Below are positions 1-9,679 of a stretch of 60,149 nucleotides of DNA, piece by piece. The position numbers were made by a program, and so were the translations under genes. Numbering within the stretch: position 1 is the stretch's first letter; each line of letters begins with the position of its first letter. The stretch is from a virus (lineage: Duplodnaviria > Caudoviricetes): IMG/VR virus record IMGVR_UViG_3300032162_000173, positions 1 through 60,149 of that record; one strand, written 5' to 3'. The notes under the pieces are model-generated. The model was not told where the DNA came from and made no database searches. It saw only the letters and a list, made by a program, of their open reading frames with translations.

Positions 1-291
1 ATGGAATCTTTAAAACCTTTATCCGATTTCTTTTCAGCTATCGAAAATGATTACCGGATTAGTATTACGCATATTGGTATCTATGCTGCTTTGCTCCAAT
101 ATTGGAAGGAACATCAATATGCAAACCCCGTACAAGTATTTAGTTATGAAATTATGGGTATAGCCAAGATTTCAGCCAGCAATACTTACCATAAATGTAT
201 ACGGGATTTAAGCAATTATGGTTATATCCGATATACACCATCTTTTAAGAGAAATCAAGGCAGCAAAGTATATTTTAGTAAGATTGGATAA
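1..291 (+). CDS. Small winged-helix/HTH-like protein of the type found on Bacteroidota integrative elements
   Basis: 96 aa. The SASNTYHKCIRDLSNYGYIRYTPS segment resembles a wHTH recognition helix and wing. Sits upstream of the recombinase. Confidence 0.55.
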   Translation: MESLKPLSDFFSAIENDYRISITHIGIYAALLQYWKEHQYANPVQVFSYEIMGIAKISASNTYHKCIRDLSNYGYIRYTPSFKRNQGSKVYFSKIG

Positions 292-361
292 AAGAGTAAA
301 AAAAATTTAAACATTGCAAAAGCTTTAATGAGGCTTTTGCATTTTATCTAAGAGGTGTGTG

Positions 362-511
362 ATGGAAACAAGTGAGAACGATAAAATTACATCTGAAAAA
401 GCAGTCGAAATACTTAGAAAAGGCGGGCTGGAAGTAACGCTTGAACAGGCAAAACTAATACTTGAGTTTTTACACAAATTAGCTGATATAACTGTGGCTA
501 TACATGTTTAA
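362..511 (+). CDS. Small hypothetical protein (49 aa) preceding the serine recombinase
   Basis: Read by hand: METSENDKITSEKAVEILRKGGLEVTLEQAKLILEFLHKLADITVAIHV*. Too short for the supplied ORF track. Confidence 0.5.
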   Translation: METSENDKITSEKAVEILRKGGLEVTLEQAKLILEFLHKLADITVAIHV

Positions 512-583
512 GCCACCTTAATTTCGTAAATTTGTTATACAAAGATGCAGTAGTTTTCTGTTCAAACAACTAAACTGATAGGT

Positions 584-2128
584 ATGCAAGTAGCTGATTT
601 ATATATAAGAGTGAGTACAGACGAGCAAGCTGATAAAGGATACTCCCAACGCAATCAGGAAGAAGTTTTACGTAAGTATTGCGCTATAAATTCTATTCAA
701 GTAAGAAAAGTAATATTTGAAGATCATTCTGCGAAAACATTTAATCGTCCTGAATGGACTAAACTTCTTGCTGATATCAAGAAATATAAGGGCAAGTCTG
801 ACCTTATCCTTTTTACTAAATGGGATCGCTTTAGCCGTAATGCAGGTGATGCTTATCAAATGATCAATACCTTACGGAAATTAGGTGTAGAACCGCAGGG
901 TGTAGAACAACCCTTAGATTTATCTATACCTGAAAATAAAATGATGCTTGCATTTTATTTAGCAGCACCCGAAGTAGAGAATGATAGAAGGGCTTTGAAT
1001 GTATTTCATGGTATGCGAAGGGCAAAAAAAGAAGGCAGATGGATGGGTACAGCTCCTATGGGATATTCAAATAAGGCAGGTGAAGACGGTCGTAAATTTA
1101 TTGCACCAAAAGAACCCGAAGCCTCATTACTTAAATGGGCATTTCATGAAGTGGCATGTGGAACATTAGCTGCGGATCAGGTAAGGAAGGAAGCAAATAA
1201 AAGGGGACTAAAATGCAGCAGAAGTAATTTCTGGACAGCAGTTCGTAATCCCATTTATTGCGGAAAAATCTTTATTCCTAAATTTAAAGATGAAGAAAGC
1301 TATTTGGCTCAGGGGCAGCATGAGCCGCTTATAACGGAATCGCTGTATTATGATGTACAGGACACTCTTGATGGTAAAAAAAGAAAAGAGCGGCCTAATA
1401 CAAAAATTATATCTCAGGATAATTTACCGCTAAGGGGTTATTTGACTTGTCCGAGATGCAGCCGTATGTTAACGGGTAGTGCGTCAAAAGGTAAATACAA
1501 TCTTTATTATTATTATCACTGTATATCTCCATGCGGATTTAGGCACCGGGCTGAAGAAGCAAATGATATGTTTGTTGGAGAACTAAAAAAGTTTATTCCG
1601 CATTCTGGGGTAATGGATTTGTATAAGTTAGTCATTAGTAATACATATAAAAAACAAAGTAGTCAACAGCAGAATGGAACCAAACAGATAGTTGTGGACA
1701 TGAGTAAGCTTAATGTGAGGATTGGTAAAGCAAGGGATATGCTATTAACGGGTGATATAGATCCCAATGATTATCGCATTATTAAAGCTGAATGCGAGGA
1801 TAAGATTAGTCGTTTGGAAGCTAAGCTTGCAGAAGCCACACATACATCTATAACAGTTAGTATAGATAAGATTATTGAAAAAGCTGTTAGTTCACTTTCT
1901 CACTTAGATATATTATATACAAAAGCAGATGTTACAGGAAAGCGTCAAATAATAAGTTCGATATATCCTGAAAAACTTTGTTTTGACGGATTGCAATATC
2001 GAACTCCTTGCATCAATGAAGCGGCCAGTCTTATTTACAAGATAAACAATGAGTTAAGAGCAAAAAAAGACCGGAAAGGATACGATATTTCGCACCTTTC
2101 CGGTTGGGTAGAGCGCCCGGGAATGTAA
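584..2128 (+). CDS. Large serine recombinase (integrase)
   Basis: N-terminal YIRVSTDEQ catalytic motif, WDRFSRN, recombinase domain, Zn-ribbon CPRC...YYYYHC and a coiled coil. Confidence 0.95.
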   Translation: MQVADLYIRVSTDEQADKGYSQRNQEEVLRKYCAINSIQVRKVIFEDHSAKTFNRPEWTKLLADIKKYKGKSDLILFTKWDRFSRNAGDAYQMINTLRKLGVEPQGVEQPLDLSIPENKMMLAFYLAAPEVENDRRALNVFHGMRRAKKEGRWMGTAPMGYSNKAGEDGRKFIAPKEPEASLLKWAFHEVACGTLAADQVRKEANKRGLKCSRSNFWTAVRNPIYCGKIFIPKFKDEESYLAQGQHEPLITESLYYDVQDTLDGKKRKERPNTKIISQDNLPLRGYLTCPRCSRMLTGSASKGKYNLYYYYHCISPCGFRHRAEEANDMFVGELKKFIPHSGVMDLYKLVISNTYKKQSSQQQNGTKQIVVDMSKLNVRIGKARDMLLTGDIDPNDYRIIKAECEDKISRLEAKLAEATHTSITVSIDKIIEKAVSSLSHLDILYTKADVTGKRQIISSIYPEKLCFDGLQYRTPCINEAASLIYKINNELRAKKDRKGYDISHLSGWVERPGM

Positions 2129-2192
2129 TCGAACTCCTGGAGCGGATCCTTCAGTTTACGTCTAATATGCAAGTAGCTTAATAAACTACAAA

Positions 2193-2798
2193 ATGTACGA
2201 AGCTTTTCCACTTCAGTGGCCGATAGGATATCCCAGGGAAACCGTTCGCCACGGTTCTAATTTTAAAGTCACTCCTGACAAAGCAAGGAAAGAATTACTG
2301 GCTGAAATTGAAAGGCTTTCTGGTGATAAAAATCCTGTAATAAGCTCCAATGTACCTCTCCGGAAAAGAGATGGCCAAATGTATGCTGATGTTGCTAATG
2401 ATGAATTAGCCGATCCTGGTGTCGCTATTTACTTCTTATACAATGAAAATCCGGTTGCTTTAGCCTGCGATCACTGGAAGAGTCCTGCTGAAAACATAAG
2501 AGCTTTGTCTCTTACCATAGACGCTATCCGTGGCATGGGCAGGTGGAAATGTACCCAAATTCTTGAAAGAACCTTCAGTGGGTTTCCCGCTCTTCCTGAA
2601 GTAACTGCTGCAGATACTCAAATCTGGAATACACTTGGCCTTTCTTCTAAGCCTGAAAATATAGATACTATAAAGTCTGCATATAAGGCCAAGGTTATTT
2701 TGGTACATCCCGATAAGCCTACCGGCAGCCGGGAAAAATTCGAAGCTTTACAGGATGCTTATAGAAAGGCGCTTTTACTGTATCGCCAACCGCCTTAA
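2193..2798 (+). CDS. Phage protein with C-terminal J (DnaJ) domain
   Basis: C-terminal IKSAYK...HPDKPTGSREKFEALQDAY contains the J-domain HPD motif. Confidence 0.8.
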   Translation: MYEAFPLQWPIGYPRETVRHGSNFKVTPDKARKELLAEIERLSGDKNPVISSNVPLRKRDGQMYADVANDELADPGVAIYFLYNENPVALACDHWKSPAENIRALSLTIDAIRGMGRWKCTQILERTFSGFPALPEVTAADTQIWNTLGLSSKPENIDTIKSAYKAKVILVHPDKPTGSREKFEALQDAYRKALLLYRQPP

Positions 2799-3036
2799 AT
2801 TTTATTGAAAAACCCATAAATAAAAAAGGGTTGGAGGATTCCTGACAAACCTCCAACCCAACAATACAATTTTAAAGCACTTTCAAACAAGCTGGAAAAC
2901 AACTTTCCGGAAACGCAAAAGCTTTGTCTTGTAAAAGCCTATTTCAGTTGTAAAAGTACTTAATTTTTTATAAAACGTTTCTGCAAAATGCGCGAAAGAT
3001 ACCTATTCATAAAACCAAAAAAGGAGAGTTAGCAGC

Positions 3037-4281
3037 ATGAGCAGAACGAACATTGAGTGGACTCATATACCAGGTACGCTGCCTGAAGTATGGAACCCTG
3101 TGACAGGGTGCAATAAAGTTAGCCAGGGATGCAAACATTGCTACGCTGAGACAATGCATAAAAGGCTGATGCATATAATGCCCTCGAAATACAACCGTCC
3201 GTTTTTGGAAGGCGCTGTTACTCACGAGGATATGCTGACTGTTCCGCTAACCTGGAAGAAGCCCAGAACTGTTTTTGTTAACAGTATGAGTGATTTGTTT
3301 CATCAGAATGTTCCTGATGAGTTCATTGATAAAGTTTATTCAGTAATGGGCTTATGTCAGCAACACACCTTTATTATACTAACGAAGAGGCCCGAAAGAA
3401 TGGCTCAATATTATGAAAGCCGAGATGATGCTTCAAATATGGAAGAAAGGGCAGAGATACTTGCTTGTACATATCCGGAGTTGGTTTATACAATGAATCA
3501 TTATAAACCGGAGAAAGACCAAACAATTTCTTTTCCAACAAACAATCTTTTGCCTCACATAAAACAGGCTGGATGGTATTCAGGAATAGGCTATATTAAC
3601 ATGGGTGGAGTGGAGGCGGAAAAAGAGCTTGAATTTATATATGAAGGTGAATGGCCACTCAAAAACGTTTGGACAGGTACCAGCGTTGAAGACCAAATGA
3701 CTGCAAACGAAAGAATCCCTTTTTTGCTGAAAGTTCCCTCTGCAGTTAGATTTCTTTCATGTGAGCCATTGTTGGGCCCCATAAACTTAAAAATTCAAAC
3801 CGGATGCGAGGAGGAACTCGACTCATTGGCCGGATTAGAAATTCCAACAGTTCAACATCGCTCAATTAAGCCGCGGGAAGTTAAAAAGATTGATTGGGTA
3901 ATTGCCGGTGGCGAAAGCGGCAACAAAGCAAGGCCGGTGCATCCTGATTGGGTGCGCTCTCTGCGTGATCAGTGTGCTGCTGCAGGTACTCCTTTCTTTT
4001 TTAAGCAGTGGGGTGAGTATTATACCAGGTGGCAGCATTTAGGCAATCATAAACCTGTTTTTAAAATGTATGAATCTTATCTGCAGTTCACTCAAAAGTT
4101 ATGGGTTCATGAAAGGGATAAGTGTGTAGATGCTGCCGGCAAAGAATGTAAAATCGGACAAGATTTTATGAATGCCACTTACCCAGTTGCTATAATGACT
4201 AAAGTCGGTAAACATAATTCCGGGCATTTGCTGGATGGAGAGGTGCATCATGAATTTCCCGAAGGAAAATTAAAAGCTTAG
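3037..4281 (+). CDS. Phage Gp37/Gp68 (DUF5131) family radical-SAM-like protein
   Basis: TNIEWT, WNPVTGCNKVSQGCKHCYA, VFVNSMSDLFH, FLSCEPLLG, WVIAGGESG and FFFKQWG motifs. Confidence 0.9.
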   Translation: MSRTNIEWTHIPGTLPEVWNPVTGCNKVSQGCKHCYAETMHKRLMHIMPSKYNRPFLEGAVTHEDMLTVPLTWKKPRTVFVNSMSDLFHQNVPDEFIDKVYSVMGLCQQHTFIILTKRPERMAQYYESRDDASNMEERAEILACTYPELVYTMNHYKPEKDQTISFPTNNLLPHIKQAGWYSGIGYINMGGVEAEKELEFIYEGEWPLKNVWTGTSVEDQMTANERIPFLLKVPSAVRFLSCEPLLGPINLKIQTGCEEELDSLAGLEIPTVQHRSIKPREVKKIDWVIAGGESGNKARPVHPDWVRSLRDQCAAAGTPFFFKQWGEYYTRWQHLGNHKPVFKMYESYLQFTQKLWVHERDKCVDAAGKECKIGQDFMNATYPVAIMTKVGKHNSGHLLDGEVHHEFPEGKLKA

Positions 4282-4285
4282 TACT

Positions 4286-4714
4286 ATGAAAATATATGTA
4301 GCAAGCAGTTGGAGGAATGACCAGCACCAGGAAGTTGTAAAGCAGCTTAGAGAGGCTGGCCATGAAGTGTATGATTTTAAAAATCCTTCCGAAACTGATA
4401 AAGGATTTGCGTGGTCACAAATAGATCCGGACTGGCAAGGTTGGACAAAGAAGCAATGTGTTGAAGCACTGAGTCATCCAATAGCAGAAAACAGTTACTT
4501 AAATGATTTTAGTGCAATGCAATGGGCGGAAGCCTGCGTAATGGTGATGCCATGCGGCCGAAGCGCTCACGTAGAAGCCGGGTGGATGCAGGGAACCGGA
4601 CGTCCGACAATTATACTGCAGCCGAATGAAGCTGAACCTGAGCTAATGTATAAAATGTTTGAGCTGATAGCACATGACATTCATGAAGTGATAGCACACC
4701 TGGATATTTTATAA
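4286..4714 (+). CDS. Nucleoside 2-deoxyribosyltransferase-like protein
   Basis: KIYVASSWRN start and a GRSAHVEAGW motif with the catalytic-type Glu. Confidence 0.65.
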   Translation: MKIYVASSWRNDQHQEVVKQLREAGHEVYDFKNPSETDKGFAWSQIDPDWQGWTKKQCVEALSHPIAENSYLNDFSAMQWAEACVMVMPCGRSAHVEAGWMQGTGRPTIILQPNEAEPELMYKMFELIAHDIHEVIAHLDIL

Positions 4715-4773
4715 AACGCTTTTTGTATTGAATAAAGAACCGGGGTCATTGCTCTCCCCAACAAATAAGGTAT

Positions 4774-5040
4774 ATGACAAAAGAAAAAGTAATTGCAAGT
4801 AAAGACTTTTCACCAGGCATTATTGGTGGAGGAATTGTTCACTTTTTAGTCTCGGGAACAAACGGGTTATATTTTATGAAGCATGAGGGACACGAAAAAT
4901 ATTTAAAAGATGATAGCGGGAAGTATGTAAAAATATCCATCGATACTGTAATAGAAGCAAGAGTATTGTACCTGCTTGCGCATGGTGAAAAGGAGCCGCT
5001 GAGCAGGAAGAACGGACTAAAGAAAAAAGCAATTAATTAG
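4774..5040 (+). CDS. Hypothetical protein
   Basis: ORF co-oriented with the early operon. Confidence 0.5.
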   Translation: MTKEKVIASKDFSPGIIGGGIVHFLVSGTNGLYFMKHEGHEKYLKDDSGKYVKISIDTVIEARVLYLLAHGEKEPLSRKNGLKKKAIN

Positions 5041-5073
5041 TAGTGAATAAAACAAACAGACAATAACACCATA

Positions 5074-6024
5074 TTGACAAATCAGGCTACTATACCAAAC
5101 AGCAGCGCAGTACTGGAACTTAAAAATGTACCGGCCGGGCTAATTATGTACGCAGTACAGCAATGGACGCCATGCATGAAGTATGCAAAAAACAAAGCGG
5201 CCGGTCACAACACCAATACGTTTATCAGGGGCATATCTGTATGGCTGATACTAAAGAGCGAGACCACCTCGGGTAATATAAAAAAATACCGGGCGCAACT
5301 GCCTGAGCTTGCAGCGAAATGCAAAATGTCGGTGCGAACGATGGATAGATACATTGCATGGCTAAAGTGCGAACGCCTGGTACACACGGAAGGGAAAAAT
5401 CTTTTTGTACACAACTACGAAGCACTTAAAAAATACGGCATCAACACAAAAGATAGGATGCCAACCATTTATTATGACACAGAAAATAAAACAACCCTGG
5501 CCGAGATCATTGTCGCCATAGCTATTACGAAAATGAAGGAGCGGTGGATGCAGATGTACTGGAATAAGATCAACCAAAATCAGGATGAGTTTAAGGTTTT
5601 AAGCGACCTTCTTATATTCTTCAAAGCAGACGCCGGCAGGCTGCACGACCGGAACTACTTCCGCGAGTGCCACCTGGAGCTTATGCTGCGATTTTATAAG
5701 GAGGAAAAGCCTGGTCAGCGGGTGTACGATTTTCTCCATACACAAGTAGAAGCCAACCCCGACATTAACTGCATGGCAGCCACGTATGCAAAAAAGATGG
5801 GCTACAGCGCTGCCATGAGCTTTTGCCATCTGAAGTTTAAAATGATCCGGAATGGACTGATAAAGGCAGAAAAAGACCATATAGAAAGCGAATGCCGTTC
5901 GCGCAAGGATGAAAAAATGTTTCATCACCGGTATGTGAGGCAAACAAAGAGCACAATATGGTTTAGGTGCGACCAGATAACCGTACAAAACGAAGCGATT
6001 TTCGGAAAAAAAATCGCTGCTTAA
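5074..6024 (+). CDS. Putative replication initiator (HTH-containing)
   Basis: HTH-like ELAAKCKMSVRTMDRYIAWLK. Immediately followed by an origin-like palindrome and a DnaA box. Confidence 0.5.
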   Translation: MTNQATIPNSSAVLELKNVPAGLIMYAVQQWTPCMKYAKNKAAGHNTNTFIRGISVWLILKSETTSGNIKKYRAQLPELAAKCKMSVRTMDRYIAWLKCERLVHTEGKNLFVHNYEALKKYGINTKDRMPTIYYDTENKTTLAEIIVAIAITKMKERWMQMYWNKINQNQDEFKVLSDLLIFFKADAGRLHDRNYFRECHLELMLRFYKEEKPGQRVYDFLHTQVEANPDINCMAATYAKKMGYSAAMSFCHLKFKMIRNGLIKAEKDHIESECRSRKDEKMFHHRYVRQTKSTIWFRCDQITVQNEAIFGKKIAA

Positions 6025-6088
6025 ACACCTTTTGAAAAAAATGTTATATACGAGAAGCGGTTAAATATCATTTTAAACTCACTTATAC

Positions 6089-6164
6089 CACTTGTACAAG
6101 TTGTACAAACGTGTACAACTTGTACAAGTGCAGCGGTGAATAAAAAAAATAACCCTGTGGATAA
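6089..6164. other. Putative replication origin: perfect 19-bp inverted repeat plus DnaA box
   Basis: CACTTGTACAAGTTGTACA-aacg-TGTACAACTTGTACAAGTG at 6089-6130 contains four TGTACA units. TGTGGATAA (reverse complement of TTATCCACA) at 6156-6164. Confidence 0.55.
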
Positions 6165-6183
6165 CCTCAAAAACTACTGAAAA

Positions 6184-6582
6184 ATGTTGATAACCCAAAA
6201 CCAAAACAACTCAAATGTGCATATACCCAAAGACCACGAGCGGCTCACCGGCAATCATCTGACAACAAAAGGAAGACTGACCTGCAGGTTCGAGCTGTTT
6301 GTAAGATGGCCGGAAAGCTCCCGTCGAAAAATGAATCCGTTTAAGTACCGTGGAGACAGGTTGGGTCTGATGGAAGCAGATAAAATGATAGCCTGGCTGG
6401 TGAAGTTTTTCATTAAGGATCACCATGACTGGCTGCTTGCTGAGCTATGGGATAATACGAAGCAGCTTAATGATCCGGAGAGAATTGTACTTAGCTGGAA
6501 GCGCGGAATAATTGACACCAACCGGCTAAAAGATTATGAGCCTATGCTTCAGACAGTAGCCATTCCGGACTGGATGAAATAA
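6184..6582 (+). CDS. Hypothetical protein
   Basis: ORF in the early operon. Confidence 0.6.
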   Translation: MLITQNQNNSNVHIPKDHERLTGNHLTTKGRLTCRFELFVRWPESSRRKMNPFKYRGDRLGLMEADKMIAWLVKFFIKDHHDWLLAELWDNTKQLNDPERIVLSWKRGIIDTNRLKDYEPMLQTVAIPDWMK

Positions 6583-6650
6583 GGCCCCCGACTTCGACAC
6601 ACAGCGGAGGCATTAAAAACAACATTAAGACCAATTTCAAAGCTAAAATT

Positions 6651-7415
6651 ATGCAATTTAAAACAAATGGCCTTCATCATACTATGAGCACAGTAATGGT
6701 TTTTCAAACCGATGAATATGCCAGATTTAAAACCATCACCGGTAACCGGCAGCTAAATGATGCTAAAATTAAAAGAATAATCAGTGAAATTGAAAGCGGT
6801 GTGGATCTGCTCCAGTACTACCCGATACAGGTGGTGGAAAAAGATAACCGGCTTGATATTGTTGATGGCCAACACAGGTTTTACATATGCCGAAAACTAA
6901 AAAAGCAAGTCTATTACATTGTTTTGAAGAGAGAAATATCACTGCCTGACATAGCTAAAGTAAACAGTAATGTGGAGAAATGGAAAGGAGCTGATTTTAT
7001 AAACTGCTACACTCAGCTTGATAATGAAAACTATAGACAGCTCCAGGTAATAATGGATAAATACCCGGTACCGATGACAACAGCGATAAGCTTGCTGCAA
7101 TCGGGGGTCGTAAATGATGGCGGAGGTACCAAAAATGACTTTGAAAGAGGATCATTTGTTATAAAGAAATATGACCTGACGATGCAGGTGTTAAACTACT
7201 GCAGCCAGTTTGATTATGAAAGGAAGTTCAATAGACAATTTATAAAAGCGGTTTTAAAAATAATTGAAAGCAATAAGGTAAAAATGGAAGATGTCATTGC
7301 AAAAGTTGCAGAGTATCCTGATGACCTCGTAGCACAGCACGAATGGAAGGATTACCTTACTAACCTGGAAAATATTGTAAATAAAGGCAAAAAAAACAGG
7401 GTAGTTATTTATTAA
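6651..7415 (+). CDS. ParB/Srx N-terminal-domain protein
   Basis: GNRQLN...YPIQVV...IVDGQHRF motif. Confidence 0.75.
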   Translation: MQFKTNGLHHTMSTVMVFQTDEYARFKTITGNRQLNDAKIKRIISEIESGVDLLQYYPIQVVEKDNRLDIVDGQHRFYICRKLKKQVYYIVLKREISLPDIAKVNSNVEKWKGADFINCYTQLDNENYRQLQVIMDKYPVPMTTAISLLQSGVVNDGGGTKNDFERGSFVIKKYDLTMQVLNYCSQFDYERKFNRQFIKAVLKIIESNKVKMEDVIAKVAEYPDDLVAQHEWKDYLTNLENIVNKGKKNRVVIY

Positions 7416-7440
7416 AAACATATCGCTTAATAGCTTACAT

Positions 7441-7809
7441 ATGCTAAACCTTCCTCTTACACGCGATGAGGCACGATTGATACAAAAAAACTTTCTGCCT
7501 TATATGCTGATGCTGATAAAGGCCAAAGCAGCCGGTGCAGAAACAGGATCAAATAAACATCTCAGGTATAAAATTATTTTTTCGCTTATCTGTGATGTAA
7601 GAGGAATGTTTGTAAAAAAGCTGGCAAGCGGTGCCAAGAAGCTGAAGTTTAAGCTGAGTGATGCACATGGCATTGCACTTTACGTTTTCCTGATGCGGCA
7701 GCCAATAGCTGCTGAAGAAGTATATGCTCATATGTTGCGTCAAAAGATGTGCGATCGGCTGTATCAGCAGTTAATTGATCCGCTTGTGGAAGATCAGGAA
7801 TTAGACTAA
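7441..7809 (+). CDS. Hypothetical protein
   Basis: ORF in the early operon. Confidence 0.55.
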   Translation: MLNLPLTRDEARLIQKNFLPYMLMLIKAKAAGAETGSNKHLRYKIIFSLICDVRGMFVKKLASGAKKLKFKLSDAHGIALYVFLMRQPIAAEEVYAHMLRQKMCDRLYQQLIDPLVEDQELD

Positions 7810-7814
7810 AACAT

Positions 7815-8177
7815 GTGGAGGCAAATAAAGTAAACGATATGTCAGAAAGAACAGCACTTAATGAAATTGAAAAGAAGATTGTAAAAGCCTTAGACACTGT
7901 TACCTTTTTACCAGCTTCTTACGATAAGCGTTTTTATCGCTCCTTGGCTGCTGATGCTATATATACCGAAAAGCAAAAGCGTTACCTGCATTTCATCTTC
8001 AATAAGTACAGGCGACAAATAAAGAACTATCAGGAGTTAGCTTTTGAACTACAGCCAGAAAGGTTCGAGGTAAAAGTAAAGTTTGAAAGAACTTTATTCA
8101 GCATGGACGGCTCTGCTGAAGTTGAATTTAAAGACACTTTTAAGCCGTCAAAATTAGTTAGCGGGGAAGGTCAGTAG
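7815..8177 (+). CDS. Hypothetical protein
   Basis: ORF whose 3' end runs into a GTTAGCGG...CCGCTAAC mini-element. Confidence 0.55.
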   Translation: MEANKVNDMSERTALNEIEKKIVKALDTVTFLPASYDKRFYRSLAADAIYTEKQKRYLHFIFNKYRRQIKNYQELAFELQPERFEVKVKFERTLFSMDGSAEVEFKDTFKPSKLVSGEGQ

Positions 8178-8213
8178 CCATTGCCGCTAACAATATTATA
8201 AAATGAAGAAAAT

Positions 8214-8636
8214 ATGAAACGTAATACGGCCACTAATTTCGGCGAATTGCGGCAGGGAGACAGGTTTTACTTTGCCGGCGACAGTAAAAAGATTGCCTAC
8301 CAGGTAACGGATGAGAAATTTTTTAAAAAATCTTCTTATAATTTAATCAGCGACCAGGGCATATCTGCATGGCCGTATGATAAAGAAGCTCCGAACGATA
8401 AGGGTGTAGTTTTTCTGCGGCACACCATTCCGCAGTTGGGTGAGGAGTGTGTATTAAAAGATTTGTCAGACGGAGATGTTTTTCACCTTCCGGATAATAT
8501 AATAGATGAATTCAGGCTTGATAAGAAACCGGGTGCGTGGGTTGTAACCGGGATAAATACTGATAATACGCCCGGAGATATCTCTGCTGAAACGCTTGTT
8601 GTTTTTGTCAGAAAACAGAAGGAGGCGAGGCTATGA
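8214..8636 (+). CDS. Hypothetical protein with an internal duplication
   Basis: FGELRQGDRFYF...VVFLR is repeated as LKDLSDGDVFHL...VVFVR. Confidence 0.6.
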   Translation: MKRNTATNFGELRQGDRFYFAGDSKKIAYQVTDEKFFKKSSYNLISDQGISAWPYDKEAPNDKGVVFLRHTIPQLGEECVLKDLSDGDVFHLPDNIIDEFRLDKKPGAWVVTGINTDNTPGDISAETLVVFVRKQKEARL

Positions 8637-8836
8637 CACGAAAAGACAAAATAACCTGTTTTATTTTTTCGATACTAATAATTGCCGGTTATTTTATTGG
8701 CGGTTATAGTGGTGGATTACTCTCCGGAGCAGGCCTGGCTACGCTCTGCCTTTACTTGGTTGGAAAAAAAGTTGCTGCAAAAGCTATCGCCAGAATTGAC
8801 AAGAGAGTGAAGGATATTTTAATTGATGAACAATAA
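8633..8836 (+). CDS. Small membrane protein
   Basis: Two hydrophobic segments. Start overlaps the upstream stop (ATGA). Confidence 0.55.
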   Translation: MTRKDKITCFIFSILIIAGYFIGGYSGGLLSGAGLATLCLYLVGKKVAAKAIARIDKRVKDILIDEQ

Positions 8837-8844
8837 ATAATAGG

Positions 8845-9327
8845 GTGTTGAATAAAATTGAAAATGATGAGCATTTAGGTTATAGCCCATTTTTTACCAA
8901 ATCCAATATTGGTAGCAGTTCTGGTCTAATCGTAATTGGAGATGTTCACGGCAAGGTAGATGCTTATTGTAAAATATTACAAAAGCTAAATGGCAAAAGC
9001 TGTTCTATACAAATAGGTGATTTTGGTTTTAAAAAGCAACACGAATGGCACTTAAAAAATATTGATTATACAAAGCATCAAATAAACTTTGGCAACCACG
9101 ATGATTACACTTTCTTACATAAGCCACATAGTCTTAATGATTGGTCTTACGATTATGAAAGCAAAGTAATGACTGTAAGAGGTGCTTATTCAATCGATAT
9201 GCCTTATAGAACTGTAAATATTGATTGGTGGGCAAATGAACAATTGAACTATGCAGAAATGCAGCAAGCCGTTGATTTTTACTCTTTTAACAAACCAAGC
9301 CGAATAAAGAAAAAATGTACAAGATAA
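8845..9327 (+). pseudogene. Calcineurin-like metallophosphoesterase, C-terminally truncated
   Basis: GDVHG, IGDFG and GNHD motifs are present, but the later His motifs are missing. The 3' end is fused to the right half of an array spacer. Confidence 0.65.
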
Positions 9328-9403
9328 CAACGTCCAGCCCCGCTTTTGCCTATGCATTGTTGGCAGAAGTAACGGGCAAAGACGGAAGTTCTTTAAAATA
9401 AAT

Positions 9404-9679
9404 GATAGTTGCTTGACGGTTATTAGACGCTTGTTTGGACGGCGGTTCGATTCCGCCCACCTCCACACTTTGCAGCATGGCTGTGAGTATTCGCCATGAA
9501 GCCCCTTGAGTAAGGGCTTCAATTTGGGGGTGTACCGGTTTTGACAGCAAGTAGTAGATAGCAATAGATTATCAGATAAACAACAAAAGGCAAGTTAATC
9601 GCCTTTGGTCGCCCTGCGGTGAAAGCTGCGGCGTAGTGCCAACGAGATTGAGCAACCTGCGAAAGTGGTTGCTTTTTTT
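9404..9679 (+). ncRNA. ssrA: Circularly permuted (two-piece) tmRNA
   Basis: The T-arm GGCGG-TTCGATT-CCGCC and acceptor 3' strand CACCTCC-A (9441-9465) lie upstream of the 5' end GGGGGTG-TACCGGTTTTGAC (9526). G3-U70 pair present. Tag frame 9589-9636 reads GKLIAFGRPAVKAAA*, followed by a terminator. Confidence 0.88.
9651..9679 (+). terminator. Intrinsic terminator after the tmRNA coding piece
   Basis: AGCAACC-tgcgaaagt-GGTTGCT followed by a T run. Confidence 0.7.

Noticed and set aside
584-2128. Serine recombinase as the cassette-array integrase
   Set aside because: Serine recombinases act on specific double-stranded att sites, not on sequence-variable folded sites. Nothing in the sequence links it to the array, although this cannot be formally excluded.
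9441-9465. tRNA/tmRNA 3' fragment as a prophage att site
   Set aside because: It pairs fully with a downstream 5' half and is followed by a tag frame, so it belongs to a complete permuted gene.
9190-9564. Minus-strand ORFs 9190-9564 and 9350-9550
   Set aside because: They are antisense shadows of the tmRNA. VEVGGIEPPS is the translated reverse complement of its T-arm and acceptor strand.
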